The notes under the pieces were generated by a model, which had not been told where the DNA came from, searched no databases, and saw nothing but the letters and a program-made list of their open reading frames with translations. The position numbers were made by a program, and so were the translations under genes. DNA of 64,000 nt from Octopus vulgaris (Eukaryota). The stretch covers positions 28,458,001 to 28,522,000 of the forward strand of contig OX597820.1 of the NCBI GenBank assembly GCA_951406725.2. Direction: 5' to 3'. The first letter of the stretch is position 1, and the number at the start of each line of letters is the position of its first letter. This document shows positions 14,572 to 27,473 of the stretch, one piece after another.

Positions 14572-14786
14572 ATTGGTTTCAAATTTAGGCACAAGAGCAG
14601 CAACGTCCGGTGTGGGGGTCGGTAATTCGATCGACTCCATTACTCAAGTGGTACTCATTTCATCGATCTCAAAAGGATGAAAGGCAAAGTCGACCTCTGC
14701 GAAATCTAAATTTAGACCTTAAGGCGGGCGAAATTCCGCCAAGCGCTTAACCCATCGTGCTAACGATTTTGTCTGCTCGCCACCTT
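14572..14786 (-). mobile_element. SINE-B monomer
   Basis: ggtactcattt.atcga...aaaggatgaaaggcaaagtcgacctc...gtgctaacgatt...gctcgccacctt. Confidence 0.85.
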
Positions 14787-14810
14787 TATGTATATTTTAT
14801 ATTGACTATA

Positions 14811-14971
14811 GGCGTAGGAGTGGCTGTGTGGTAAGTAGCTTCCTTACCAACCACATGGTTCCAGGTTCAGTCCCACAGCGTGGCACCTTGGACAAGTGAT
14901 TTCTACTGTATCCTCGGGCCGAACAAAGCATTGTGAGTGGATTTTGTAGACGGAAACCGAAAGAAGCTAGT

Positions 14972-15022
<51 letters not shown>

Positions 15023-15158
15023 ATGTATATATATGTTTGTGTGTCTGTGTTTGTCCCCCCAGCATCGGTTGTCAAGCGATGCTGGTGTCTATACGTCCCC
15101 GTAACTAAGCGGTTCGGCAAAAGTGACCGATAGAATAAGTACTAGGCTTGCAAAGAAT
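14811..15158 (+). mobile_element. SINE-A, 3'-truncated
   Basis: Starts ggcgtaggagtggctgtgtggtaag and stops at ...aggcttgcaaagaat. Confidence 0.92.
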
Positions 15159-15399
15159 CAGAGGGAGTGAGATAGTGGGAAATACCAGAAAGCTTTTGTG
15201 GACAATAGCAGGATGAAAACAAATGAATAATTAAATTGATAAAATATATGTTCGGCCTAAGGGAGTGTTTGGTAAAGAGTATATTAGGGAGATATATGGC
15301 GTGTCCGGTGTCTGAGTCTGAATTTTTCTCCCACGTATTGAAGATATGAAGATTTCCAAATCAGCATTCTAATACAAGCTTGGCGTGCTTGCTGCAAGT

Positions 15400-16410
15400 T
15401 TATAAGGTTCATATCGCTTTTTCTTTTGTGAAGAGCTAATATTCTTTGACAGTATTCTCACGCGGTTTTGATTTTTCGGCGATCTTTCTTGCTCATGTTA
15501 AATGTCCTAATTTGATTTTCTTGCTACACGTAGATTAAGAATATTGTCGTATTGTATTTTCCCACATTTCTAAATAAGTTAGTCAAATTAAGGAATCTTT
15601 GCTTCAAAATTGCTATTGTCAAGCTGATATATTGATCTTTACATTTGACAGCACAATTTATGACGTCGTTGTAACACAAACCATTTAGCCACTCTAACGT
15701 AAGGTCCTACAAGAACAATGTAACCTCACTTATAGTTGTAGGTTGTATGAAACAGTTTCTTTCATGTTATGACAGCAGCGTTTGTTGAATAGTTGTATGC
15801 ATCTACAGAATATTTTCTTTCGTGCGTGATCTAACGGATAATGTAAATTAAATGTAGCTAGTTGTTAACAATGTTATGCCTAACACCGCGTAACAAGGCA
15901 GAGTAAAAGACATTCCTTTCACGCACTTAGTTCATCTGATGGTGTCGTAGGAGGGATCGTAAGGAATACTTTATTTGAGTCTATTGGTTTGAAGATCATT
16001 GTAGTAGTAAGGAGTTGCTTCTGTAAGATCTCTTCGCGAGAAACCATATCAAATATTCTTCTGCTTAAACCTTTCACAAAATTCTTGAACATGTGGTCAG
16101 GTGAAGGGCCATGTGTTAATGTTTGTGAGATTATCATTTACTTTATGTTTCCTAAAAGGCTTTAAAGAAATCTGTTCTAATATTTAATGTAACGTCCGAA
16201 AATTTTCTATGGTTTCTTTCAGGTCACCGGAAGTAATCGTTTCTATAAAGCCTCCTTTATTTATTTATTTTTTTGGTGGGGGAACCAAACAATATAATGT
16301 GTGTCCAATACCGTTTCTTGGGAAGTTGCTAGGCGACGTCACTATACTTTTACTGTCGAATTTCCATCCATCAAGTTTAATTTCAAAAAGTTTTGATGGA
16401 CCGATTCTAC
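15400..16410 (-). mobile_element. Degenerate Penelope-like element ORF (RT C-terminal half + GIY-YIG)
   Basis: Minus-strand pieces in the expected order: NFSDVTLN..KPFRK, DHMFKNFVKGLSRRI, CSCR...GLC, QYISLT..LKQRF...FRN. Many stops and frameshifts. Confidence 0.6.
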
Positions 16411-16497
16411 AACGTTACGTGCTGCGAAATGGAACCGAAACTTGAAGCAGGAGGTTATACAGTAAACGTTTAATACAAGAAGAAAAAGAAGGAGAAA

Positions 16498-17051
<554 letters not shown>

Positions 17052-17089
17052 GTTTGTTGCATTTTGCATAAAACTTTAGAATTAGAAAC

Positions 17090-17446
17090 TATACAGACCA
17101 CCGAACTGGATGGCACTGCATAATACCAAAGATACCGTCCCCTTCATCTCAGGTAAGGCCCCAGTATTGCAACAGCTTGGGTTTCAAGGGACCAAAACCG
17201 TTTAACATGCTTCCAAGGAACCTAAGAGATCTGCAAGGTGTAGATGTAGAAACGTTCAGAAAGCACCTGATATCCCAGATGAGTCCACGTCGCGGAAGGA
17301 GGCATAAAGAAAGGCAGCTTCGTCCAACTAGCTTCTTCACCAAAAAACGGTGAGAAATTAGACACCAAAACACAGAAATGCTGTGCTCCAGCATGACGCC
17401 AGCATTTGACTCGAACCAGTAAGAGAATAAAAGAATAAAGAATAAC
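17090..17446 (+). mobile_element. 3' end of a CR1/L2-like LINE (ORF2 C-terminus + tail shared with SINE-A)
   Basis: QYCNSLGFKGPKPFNMLPRNLRDLQGVDVETFRKHL..IPDE...KAASSN, then gtgctccagcatgacgccagc...gaaccagtaagagaataaaagaataaag. Confidence 0.75.
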
Positions 17447-17943
17447 TACGAAAATATTGTTACCGATTGCAAAAGTGAACTTAACAAATTTTTTAATACA
17501 TTTGTTCTCAAGCGAAGACTTCTGCATATAAACGCCATTTTTATTACACAAAGATATAACCGAGTACAGGAAGTTTTACGGCTTTGAACACTGGCATTAT
17601 TTTCCATTATTGAGAAAATATTAAAGGTGCAGAGAACATTTTATTGCAAATTATAGGAATTTTATCCAATTTGCAATCATGTTGTACTGTATAGTACTTT
17701 TCATATGTCAGATATATACCTGGTGTACATTTGACAAAGTGTGTGTGTATGTAAGAGCATATTTTTCTCCCGAACGTATGGATTACTTTACGCATCACTT
17801 TCCCTCTTCAAAACTCTCTCATGCCCACCTTCATCATTTTTTTTAAAATAGCTATATTCTTTTATCTATTGACTTGACATATTTGAGAAAACTGAAAGTG
17901 TGCGCTAGGTCGTATAGCAAAATGGTTAACTCTTTCTTCGTTT

Positions 17944-18066
17944 GGCGACTTTGCCTTTCATTTTTTCGGGGTCGATAAATTAAGTACCAGTGAAAAACAG
18001 GGGTCGATGTAATCGACTTATCCCCTCCACAAAAATGGCTGCCCTTGTGGCAAAATTTGAACCTAT
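17944..18066 (+). mobile_element. SINE-B 3' fragment
   Basis: gactttgcctttcattttttcggggtcgataaattaagtaccag...caaaatttgaa. Confidence 0.8.
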
Positions 18067-18819
18067 TACTATTATTCCTTCGTAGCACAATGTAGTTTTC
18101 AATTATCTGCACCGGAGTCTTCAATTATCTGTCAAGTCACCACAAGGACCTCAGACAGATAATACTTTCCTTAAGAAGTGCGCTGTGCCTAATAAGGCAG
18201 CTTTTTGCAAGACATCAATCTTGAATGGAATTTCCAGTTGCCTGAAGTCTTGAAGTTTCAATGGCATTGAGCCCAAAGCTCCGATCACCACTGGTGTCAC
18301 TTTTACATTATCCTCTTGCATTCCATATAGTCTGGCCATTTCTACTTTCAATTCAGAGTATTTGGTTATTTTTTCAACCTCTTTACTCACAATATTCATA
18401 TCAATTGTTATGGCTACATCTATGATCTGACAGTATTTATCTCTGTTACTCAATATAACAATATCCGGCCGACGGTGTTCGATTACGATCCGTCTGAAAA
18501 TCAGAGTCCCAGAGTATCGTTACTTTTCAATCCTCCTGCATAACTTGGTGCATGCTCATACCAGTTCTCTGTTACTTCATATTGGTATTTACGGCATAAG
18601 AGCCTATGAAGATACACACAGAGTTTATTGTGGCGGCATTCATGTGTGTTCGTATTTGCGTTCGTTTGGCTCTCACATCCAAGAGATATGAGGGTCGTAT
18701 TTTCTACACTCTTTCCACCGAGTCTGCATTTCTAGGTGTCAGAAGTTTTATAGATGTTATACTTCACTGAATTGTCAGCGAGAGTCTAGTCTTGTGTAGC
18801 AATGTTCAGGCTTTCGGTG

Positions 18820-18977
18820 GCACGGTTCGAAATTTCTCCAAGACACCTGATGAAGGCTGGATGTCCTATCAGCTGAAACGTTGTGTTAACAACAAACAAG
18901 ATCAGGACAAATATCCGTCAAATGTAAATAATGTAAATAATGAACATAATTCCTCATCTCCTAAATATAGAACTGTA
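18820..18977 (+). mobile_element. Short hammerhead-bearing repeat (second copy at 39405-39553)
   Basis: ggttcgaaatttctccaagacacctgatgaagg...gttaacaacaaacaagatcaggacaaatatccgtcaaatgtaa matches the reverse complement of 39410-39525. Confidence 0.85.
18842..18887 (+). ncRNA. Minimal type I hammerhead ribozyme
   Basis: gacac-CUGAUGA-a-ggcug...cagcu-GAAAC-GUU-guguu. Loopless palindromic stem III (AACGUU), the dimer-dependent form typical of PLEs. Confidence 0.8.
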
Positions 18978-19902
18978 TACTGAGATTTAGACAGTCTGTG
19001 TAATTCATGAACCTCTTAACCAGCGGCAATATACAGTTTCTTTCTTTGAACCCATAGCAATGGATCTAACTACTGTGTTACCTATACACGCTTAAGCAGC
19101 TGCATTTTATAAAAGCTAGTATTCTTTCCAAATATTCAGAAGCGTTCATTTACTCTAAGGCTTTTGTCGTACGCTGCTGCAACATTAAGAATAACTGGCT
19201 CTTAATTGCATATGTTCTTGAGATGCTCTCTTGAAATCAAATGTTATACGTGTGATAGATTAGGTAAATATTACATTTAGACTTAAATCAAAATTACATA
19301 TTCCAGTAATTGTCAGCGTTATTGCTAATACTCAAGCACTTCTTCATTGAAATGAGCAAGTACTTGACAAGCAGTATTAGAAAACCATACTGCAGGATTC
19401 AATTAACATACTGTACAAGGAAGGTGAAGTATCTGTTCCGGTGACTCAGATGAGGTAAGAATTTTGCCACAATGATGTTATCTGATGTTGGTGTTTGTGC
19501 TTACAACACGACAACGAGTATATTTCGAAATCGGGAGGAATCTTACAATTAAAACTTCCCATTTGATTTCAAATCTTTAACTTAAATTCTGTATTATTTA
19601 ACATCAGCTAACATCATGTGCCCTTCCTTTGAACTTTCACACCGAAAACCTCCTCTTCCCAAATATACTTACTTGTTAAATGCCTATCATATAGCCGTGT
19701 GTCGTCATAGTTTCGGTATATTCCTTACATTACCCTGTAGTTCGTATGAAACAATTATTACCCATTAACGAATTCTTTCATTATGTAAATGCATTCTGTA
19801 TTTATTTCAACTCAATCAATTCAACAACATAACTATATATCTAATATAGTTATTTGATATCTATCATTTATGTATCTAATATTATTTCTAAAACATTTTA
19901 AA

Positions 19903-20467
19903 TTGGGTTGAGCGGAAAGTTCGCGCCGATTTTTAAAGGGAAAAAAAGGCCAATAAATACTTGCCATTACATTTTTATTCAACCAAATATGAATCATTTT
20001 GTTGCACAATGCATCTCCATCTTTCCTTTAACTTGAAAATACCCTCTTCCCAGAACTGAAGTGGTTTCGTGGCAAAGAATTCATCGAAGCATCTTTTTGT
20101 GTCATCCAAGGAATTGAAGTTTTTACCATTAAGACTATTCTGCAAAGACCTGAATAAGGGGAGATTCGAAGAAGCAATATCTGGTGAATATGGGGGTGGG
20201 GGTAACACATCCCAGCCGAACTGCAGCCATTTTAATCTGGTTCCCAAAGCATCAACTGCCGAAAATGAATTTTCTTATCTTCCATTTTAAAGGGTTACAG
20301 AATTATCACAGTTTATAGGAACATAAACCTTCTTCCACAAAAACATAGCTTAAACTGTGCTCTAAATGGAGGTGTAGTCAAATCCTTTGTTATGGACTCA
20401 ACCATGTTGTAAAATAAGTCGAAAATTAAGCTACTATAAATCGGCATGAACTTTCCTGACAACCCAA
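19903..20467 (-). mobile_element. Internally deleted mariner transposon
   Basis: TIRs ttgggttgagcggaaagttcgcgccgatttt and aaatcggcatgaactttcctgacaacccaa-TA. Start MEDKKIHFR (20285) is fused to the C-terminus WDVLPPPPYSPDIASSN...FRSLQNSL...GIFKLKERWRCIVQQNDSY. Confidence 0.92.
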
Positions 20468-20951
20468 TATTTAATTACGTTTTAATATCTTGCGTCAACT
20501 AACTACTCATACTGATCCAGACTACCTTAAACTTCTAAATGAATTATAATATAGTAATTTAATTTATTTGAAATTTTTCATATCCGGTCATGATATGATT
20601 TTTTTTTTCTTTTAAATAAATTTAGAGGTGCTTACCGCTATAGTCTTTTGATTGTAGTGTTGGTGCAAATTCTCCTGCTTAGAAGAATTGTGCTGTATCA
20701 TATCAAACTTTACGCGTTAATAACGTGAGATGTTTGTCTGTCAGATGATGCAGATGATTTACTGCACTCATCTTTATTTATGATAGACTTAGATCCGTCT
20801 ACTAAGTGATTAAACGTAAAGCACACAATTAAATCTTTATGAACTGGATATCAAATTAAACTCACACGCACACGCGCACACATACATAAATAATATATTG
20901 CATCTGCATATTCATATACGCACCTTTAATGATATGATATATGTGTGTGTG

Positions 20952-21203
20952 CAAGCACGCGGCCTAGTGGCTAGGCTGTTGCACTAACGATCGCTTATTC
21001 GTGGGTTTGATTCCCAGACCGGGCGGTGCGTAGTGTTTTTTCGTCAAACACCTTATTTCACGTTGTTCTAGTCTCCTTTCGATCAAGGAGGGGTGTTGAC
21101 TTTCTCGCCTAGCCAGTGGGGTGGCGTCAATTCATGGCTAAAACATTGCAATGTGATCAGCGATGTGTAACAGCTTCCGATAGTCTGGTCGGTCAGGTAA
21201 TCA
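20952..21203 (+). mobile_element. tRNA-derived SINE (group C) with the tail also found alone in (TA)n
   Basis: cggcctagtgg (A box), gtttgattccc (B box), ttatttcacgttg block. Tail tagccagtggggtggcgtca...gatagtctggtcggtca matches 24813-24931 and 51397-51428. Confidence 0.8.
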
Positions 21204-21260
21204 GATATATACATATATATAAATATATATGAGCATATATGGATATATTTGTGAGTGCAT

Positions 21261-21299
<39 letters not shown>

Positions 21300-21504
21300 C
21301 GAGTATATGTGTGTGTACATGGAGCTTTTGCCCTTAACGAAGATTGCTCGTTTACTTACTCAACTACAAGTTGAGTAAGTAAACGCAATACGGCCAATGA
21401 GGTCGCTACGATATATACCAGATCTAAATTAAATCTCTGTTCTTTATTAATTCGACTAAACTCTTGAAGGTACTTACACTGCATTTCTGGAGACTAATAT
21501 CAGG

Positions 21505-21730
21505 TTGAGTTCAAAATTCAAACCGATGCTGAAAGTGCGTTGGAAGAGTTCATCAGCTTCAGAACTCCAGATTTTTATGTTACCGGAATAAACAAACTTG
21601 TAACTCGTTGGTAAAAATGTATTGATTGTAACAGTATTTACTTTGATGAATAAAATTTCCACGTTTTTGAAATATATTGTGATGAATTTCATGTTACAAA
21701 CCGTTGCTTACTTCTTACTCAGCCTTGATA
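21505..21730 (+). mobile_element. Mariner transposase C-terminal relic with decayed right TIR
   Basis: FKIQTDAESALEEFISFRTPDFYVTGINKLVTRW*KCIDCNSIYFDE*. Confidence 0.75.
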
Positions 21731-22013
21731 GTTAAGCATTAATGGCAGACAATGTTTATATTTGTGTGTGCATATGTGTACACATAAAATGAGATACATA
21801 CACACACGTACACACACATACGTGCGCGTGTGTCCGTGCGACTTTGTAAACGCGCGTGTGTAAGGGTATATTTGTGTGTCCTTGTCTACGCACAGATATG
21901 CACGCATATATACATATACATACATATAGATGTATATATAAACCTATGCATATATGCATGTGTATATATCTCACTATATGTATGTATCTATTTATCTCTA
22001 TGATTATATGTAA

Positions 22014-22045
<32 letters not shown>

Positions 22046-22175
22046 AGATTGTATGTATAAATATATGCATGTATACATGTGCACTTGTATGTAAATGCAT
22101 ATATATATTTGCATTATATATATATATATATCTGTGTGTGTATACATGCGTGTCTGTGTGTAAAAAGCTATATGC

Positions 22176-22210
<35 letters not shown>

Positions 22211-22271
22211 AACACATATATATTATATACATATTTATGTATTTTAAACAAGCAGACACACACATACATAT

Positions 22272-22332
<61 letters not shown>

Positions 22333-22796
22333 TGCATGCATGTATGCATGTATGTATGTATGCATACATGTATGTATGGATGTACGCATGTATGTTTGTA
22401 TGTATGTACGCATGTATGTATGTATGCATGTAAGTTTGTATATATGTAAGTACTGAAGGGAGACAAGCATCAAATAGCCACGAGTAATATGGAATATGAC
22501 AACTCTGTTTTTGTTTTCGCTTTTTACTCTTCCGCTATCCGAGAATCTTGATTGCCGCCAGGACATCATGACGTTTAAGCTGGAAGCTTTACGTCTAATC
22601 AGAGCTGGTCAAACAGAAATGACTTAATTAAACACAGATAACACACAATCGCGCCATAGATTAATTATATTTATACCCTGTTTAATACACAGACCGTTAA
22701 TGCACTTTGAATGTTTTATCGTCTCAATGGAAGTGGGTATCTACTTCAAACGATATTAGCTCCGCCGACCGGATAACGATAACAACAATAAATTAT

Positions 22797-22819
22797 TTTT
22801 ATCATTATTGTTATTATTA

Positions 22820-22884
<65 letters not shown>

Positions 22885-23230
22885 GTCATCATCAATATCA
22901 TTATTATTGTTATTATTATTATTATTATTATCATTATTATTATTATTATTATTATTATCGTTGTTGTTGTTATTATTATTATTATGTTGTTGTTGTTGCT
23001 GTTGTTCATTATTATTAATGTTAATATTAATATTATTCTCGTCGTCTCTTATAATAAATCAATGATGATAAAATAATAATTGAAATTATCTTTACTTCTT
23101 TCTTTACAACGAAAATGAGGGTGGAACTACTACTACTGCTTCTATTACTGCTGCTGCTGTTGCTGCTGGTACTACTGCCAAAACCACAACCGCCAATACC
23201 ACCACCACCACCACCGCAACAACAACAATA

Positions 23231-23274
<44 letters not shown>

Positions 23275-23275
23275 A

Positions 23276-23305
<30 letters not shown>
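22797..23305. repeat. (TTA)n, (TTG)n and (CTA)n trinucleotide cluster
   Basis: Visible directly in the sequence. Confidence 0.95.
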
Positions 23306-23306
<1 letters not shown>

Positions 23307-23327
23307 ATTCTATATTACTAATTCTTC

Positions 23328-23534
23328 CTTCTAAAGCACTGGGCCCGAAATTTGAGAAAGGACGTTAGTCGATTACATCGACCTCAATATTCGACTGGTA
23401 CTTATTTTATCATCCACGAAAGGATCAAATGCAAAGTGGACCTCGGCAGGATTTGAACTCAGGACGTAAAGAACGGACGAAATACCGCTAAGCATTTTGT
23501 CTGACGTGCTAACGACTCTGCCAGCTCGCCGCCC
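23328..23534 (-). mobile_element. SINE-B monomer
   Basis: Reverse complement of ggcggcgagctggcagagtcgttagcacg...gagttcaaatcctgccgagg...ataagtaccag. Confidence 0.88.
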
Positions 23535-23550
23535 AAGTAAGAAAAAATAC

Positions 23551-23601
<51 letters not shown>

Positions 23602-24352
23602 GAGGAGGAGGAGGAGGAGGAGGAGGAGGAGAAGGAAGAGGAAGAGAGGAGGTGGGTGGAGAAACAGCTTCAAATTTTGGCATAAGACCAATAATTACGT
23701 CCCAGAGCTCAACTGGTGCTTATATCGAATAATGAGATCAACGTAATTAACTAAGCAATTATTTTATTTTTGTTGGGGTTCTTTTTTCTCTCATTCGTGT
23801 CTCTTTGTATTTCCTTGTTTGTGTTTGTGTGATTAATATTATAAATAATATTTCGGTGTGGTTATAAAATGTGGAGAAGCTAAAGATGATTTAGCAGTGC
23901 TTTGACTCTGATCGGCTGAAGATGCACCCGTATACATCTATAGTTATATCATATAAATATAATATTCCTTATAATACATGAAATTTTCAGCAATTAATGA
24001 CTGGTAGTGATGTGTTGAAACAATTATAGTGATTGTAAATATGTATGTTCGAGCCATCTTCTCGTATTAACATTTTTTCCATTATAATCTACAGATATTT
24101 GCGGATTTCCAAATGCATAATGAGTAACAAGAGACGTCCCACCGTTGGTTAACCATGTTGGTTAATGTGTTGATTAGTTGATAAACTAATGTGTTTCCAT
24201 TAGATCCATTAGATTATAACTCAATAAATATTTGATATCTTACGATATTCTATATAATGTATTCGTTGAAAAATATCTCTTCAAAAATTGATATATTAAA
24301 CCAGTGTATCTTGGATAAATATCCCTAAAAGAGGTTTGAATATCCTTTTTAT

Positions 24353-24416
<64 letters not shown>

Positions 24417-24476
24417 GTGTATGTATGCATGTATGTATATATGTATGCATGTATGTATGTATCTATATATATATAT

Positions 24477-24791
24477 TTGAGTGAAAGACGGGATGGACGC
24501 TTCCTTTTTGTGCTGGTGCCCCACTCTGTCGTACGCGACTGTGAGGATTTGCATCCCCAACGTAGAATCTATGATGTAATACATGTCCTTGAAGTAGAAA
24601 TTGTGCGCGGCTGAAGAAGGCCATAGACACATTATGCATTGTTATAAATCCGTCTAATAAAGGCCCGAAACATATGTACCGCTGAATCCTTGGCATCATG
24701 TTTTTATTTTGATTAACATACTCTACCACCTACACCACCAAATGGTATATACAGGTGCTTACAATTATCAAGTATTCACCCTGAATTTTTG
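24477..24791 (+). mobile_element. Hammerhead-bearing insertion flanked by (TA)n on both sides
   Basis: Unique ~315-bp block between TA tracts. Contains the hammerhead at 24607 and the terminal ggtg...accct motif. Confidence 0.7.
24607..24682 (+). ncRNA. Type I hammerhead ribozyme
   Basis: gcgg-CUGAAGA-aggcc.uagac...gucua...ggccc-GAAAC-auau-GUA-ccgc. Perfect 4-bp GC stem I; palindromic stem III ACAUAUGU. Confidence 0.88.
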
Positions 24792-24812
24792 TATATATAT
24801 ATATATATATAT

Positions 24813-24928
24813 ATCACCGTGACCGTGACCGACCAGGCTATCAGATGTTGCTACACATCGTTAGTCACAATGCGCTTCGCATTGTTTTAGCCTTCAAATG
24901 ACGCCACTCCGCTGGCTAAGCGAGCAAG

Positions 24929-24931
<3 letters not shown>
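24813..24931 (-). mobile_element. Isolated retroelement 3' tail inside (TA)n
   Basis: Homologous to the tail of the SINE at 21108-21203; TA tracts on both sides. Confidence 0.8.
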
Positions 24932-24986
<55 letters not shown>

Positions 24987-24990
24987 ATTG

Positions 24991-25036
<46 letters not shown>

Positions 25037-25103
25037 CAATAAAATATAATACAATATAACATAGTATAATATAAATAAGTACCAAAGATGTACAGGTGTC
25101 AAT

Positions 25104-25188
25104 ACATTACGGCCGTTTCAAGCGGCCTCACTTGATTGATTACTAAAAAGTTTACATCAAATTGAAAGAAATCGTTCTCGTTAGATGA
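25104..25188 (-). ncRNA. Degenerate hammerhead motif
   Basis: Minus: cau-CUAACGA...GAAAC-ggcc-GUA-aug. Core G5 is mutated. Confidence 0.4.
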
Positions 25189-25659
25189 AACCATAGACCT
25201 CAAACATAAAGTATAAACGACGTTTTTCTTTTTTAAATTTTTTCAAACAACTGTACGGCAATAATGGAGAAACCAAATTATTTTAACAATTTCCTTGTTA
25301 TATCTGTGTCTGCTTGAAACGACAATAAAGAATTCACACCTGTACCTCTTTGTTACCTGTTTATTTTCTGTTCACCTAACTTAGAATCTGAGCTCCCAAA
25401 TACTATAGAAAGTAACTTTATAAAAAGTACATGTCTGAATTACCAAGACCGTATGTCTTCTCTTAGCTGGGTTGCGTTGTCTACACACACAACAGGAATA
25501 TCAGATACAAACACTTTTATCCAGTCTTGATATTCAATATTCATGTAATATTGCCGAGGTGTGCGGACGATGCCGAACTAGCAAGGTGCCTCAATTTAAG
25601 TACCTAATTCAACTGAATATTTTGTATTTATGTATATATGTATGTATATATGTATGTAT

Positions 25660-25691
<32 letters not shown>

Positions 25692-25804
25692 TGTATGTAT
25701 GTATGTATGTATGTATGTATGTATGTATGTATGTATGTATGTATGCATGTATGCATGCATGTATGTATGTATGCATGTATACACGCACTCACACATACTT
25801 GTCA

Positions 25805-25836
<32 letters not shown>

Positions 25837-25845
25837 CGTATACTC

Positions 25846-26380
25846 CTACAAATCCCCAAAATGAAAAATCTCACTGCAAAAACACCTTATAGAACAGCAG
25901 ACGCCAACCAAAAATTTAAAACAAACACCTCACAAGCGCAGAATTCAAATCAGAGAATGAATCAGAATTCTTAGTAAAAGAACGTGTAAATAGGAGATGT
26001 GTGACATGCAAGAATTTCAACAACTTCAAAAACTTGGAAAGTGGTTCCCACATAAATTTCAAGAGCGGATTTTTTTAAAAAATAAATACAGATATTAACT
26101 GCAAAACGCAAAACCTCATATACTGCATTACCTGCCCAAGCTAAAAAGAAAATTACATTGACGAAACAAATAATTTCCTCTGCCAACATGCAAGAAACTA
26201 CAAGCATCATATCCGACAAGAGGAATTACGCAAGATTCCATTAAGTAAGCATCTGGAAATATGCAGCGACGGAAAATTCAAAATTTTTCACCTTTACCAA
26301 TGTGCACGGGATGATCCGCAATACCGAAAAGCAATGGAACTACATTTCATCAAAAGATTCTCTCCAAAACTGAATGTTTG
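25846..26380 (+). mobile_element. Penelope-like (Neptune-type) element 3' ORF remnant: Cys-rich linker + GIY-YIG endonuclease
   Basis: SRRQPK, RCVTCKN, then INCKTQNLIYCITCPS*KENYIDET...HKHHIR-like segment, KIPLSKHLEICSDGKFKIF...RKAMELHFIKRFSPKLNV*. Confidence 0.85.
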
Positions 26381-26653
26381 AATGAAAAGCGGAGACAGAA
26401 TATTTTGTGTTATACTAGTATTACCTAACACAAAATCATGAAATTGCAAGAGGTGTGATCGAATATACACAGTATTAACATGGACATGTTCCGAAACACA
26501 CACACACACGCACATACGCGAGCGCACACAGACACACAAATACTTTTCATCAAGTGATTCTCCCCAAAATGGAATGATTGAAGGTAAAGGAGAGAATTTG
26601 AATTCTTTATTCCAAACGTGGCTCATCTTTAAAAATGTCTATTTATATATATT

Positions 26654-26715
<62 letters not shown>

Positions 26716-26758
26716 TGTGTCTGTGTGTGTCTGTGTCTGTGTCTTTGTGTGTGTGTAG

Positions 26759-26781
26759 CACGGGGATGTTTTAGCTTTAGG

Positions 26782-26814
<33 letters not shown>

Positions 26815-26835
26815 TCCTAAAGCTAGAACATCCCA

Positions 26836-26838
<3 letters not shown>
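26759..26838. repeat. ~23-bp inverted repeat enclosing only a (TA)n tract
   Basis: cacggggatgttttagctttagg ... cctaaagctagaacatcccagta. Confidence 0.85.
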
Positions 26839-26872
<34 letters not shown>

Positions 26873-26875
<3 letters not shown>

Positions 26876-27194
26876 CTGCTATGGCCTTGGACCGACCAGG
26901 GCCTTGTGGGTGGGTTTGGTGGACGGAAACTGAAAGAGGCCCGTCGTATATATGTATATATATATATATATATGTGTGTGTGTTTGTGTGTCTGTGTTTG
27001 TTCCCCCAAGATCGCTTGACAACCGATGCTGGTGTGCTTGTGTCCCCGTAACTTGGTGGTTCGGCAAAGGACACCGATAGAATAAGTACTAGGCTTACAA
27101 AGAATAGGTCCTGGGGTCGATTTGCTCGACTAAAAGGTGGTGCTCCAACATGGCCACAGTCGGATGATTGAAATAAGCGAAAGAGTAAAAGAGT
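26873..27194 (+). mobile_element. SINE-A, 5'-truncated, A-to-G hypermutated
   Basis: Collinear with the other copies but carries about 15 A>G substitutions (see findings). Confidence 0.92.
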
Positions 27195-27276
27195 GTATGT
27201 ATTCATTTTATTTTATTTATTGATCGATTTTTCGAATTGTTAATTTGCAAATATCGTACTAATGTTCCTTCATGCA

Positions 27277-27350
27277 GAACTACATTTCATCAAAAGATTT
27301 CCTCCAACGATGAGTGTTTCGAACCGGTAACAGTACATTTTGTATTCTAA
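27277..27350 (+). mobile_element. Second copy of the PLE ORF end
   Basis: gaactacatttcatcaaaagatt is identical to 26337-26359. Confidence 0.7.
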
Positions 27351-27404
27351 AGATAACTCAAAGTGGAGAAAAATATTTATCCATCTATCTATCTACTTAT
27401 ATTT

Positions 27405-27473
<69 letters not shown>

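Larger units (their letters stand above)
18125..19060 (-). mobile_element. R4/Dong-like LINE 3' fragment (second lineage), apparently interrupted at ~18820-18977
   Basis: RHNKLCVYLH, WYEH, TILWD, IIDVAITID...EKITKYSEL...PVVIGALG...LQKAALLGTAHFLRKVL* (ORF 18151-18453). The continuation beyond 18978 is weak. Confidence 0.85.

Noticed and set aside
23910-23992. Additional hammerhead candidates (also ~32878, ~33174, ~36800, ~50865)
   Set aside because: Only half of the core is present or no stem I pairing can be found; too decayed to call.
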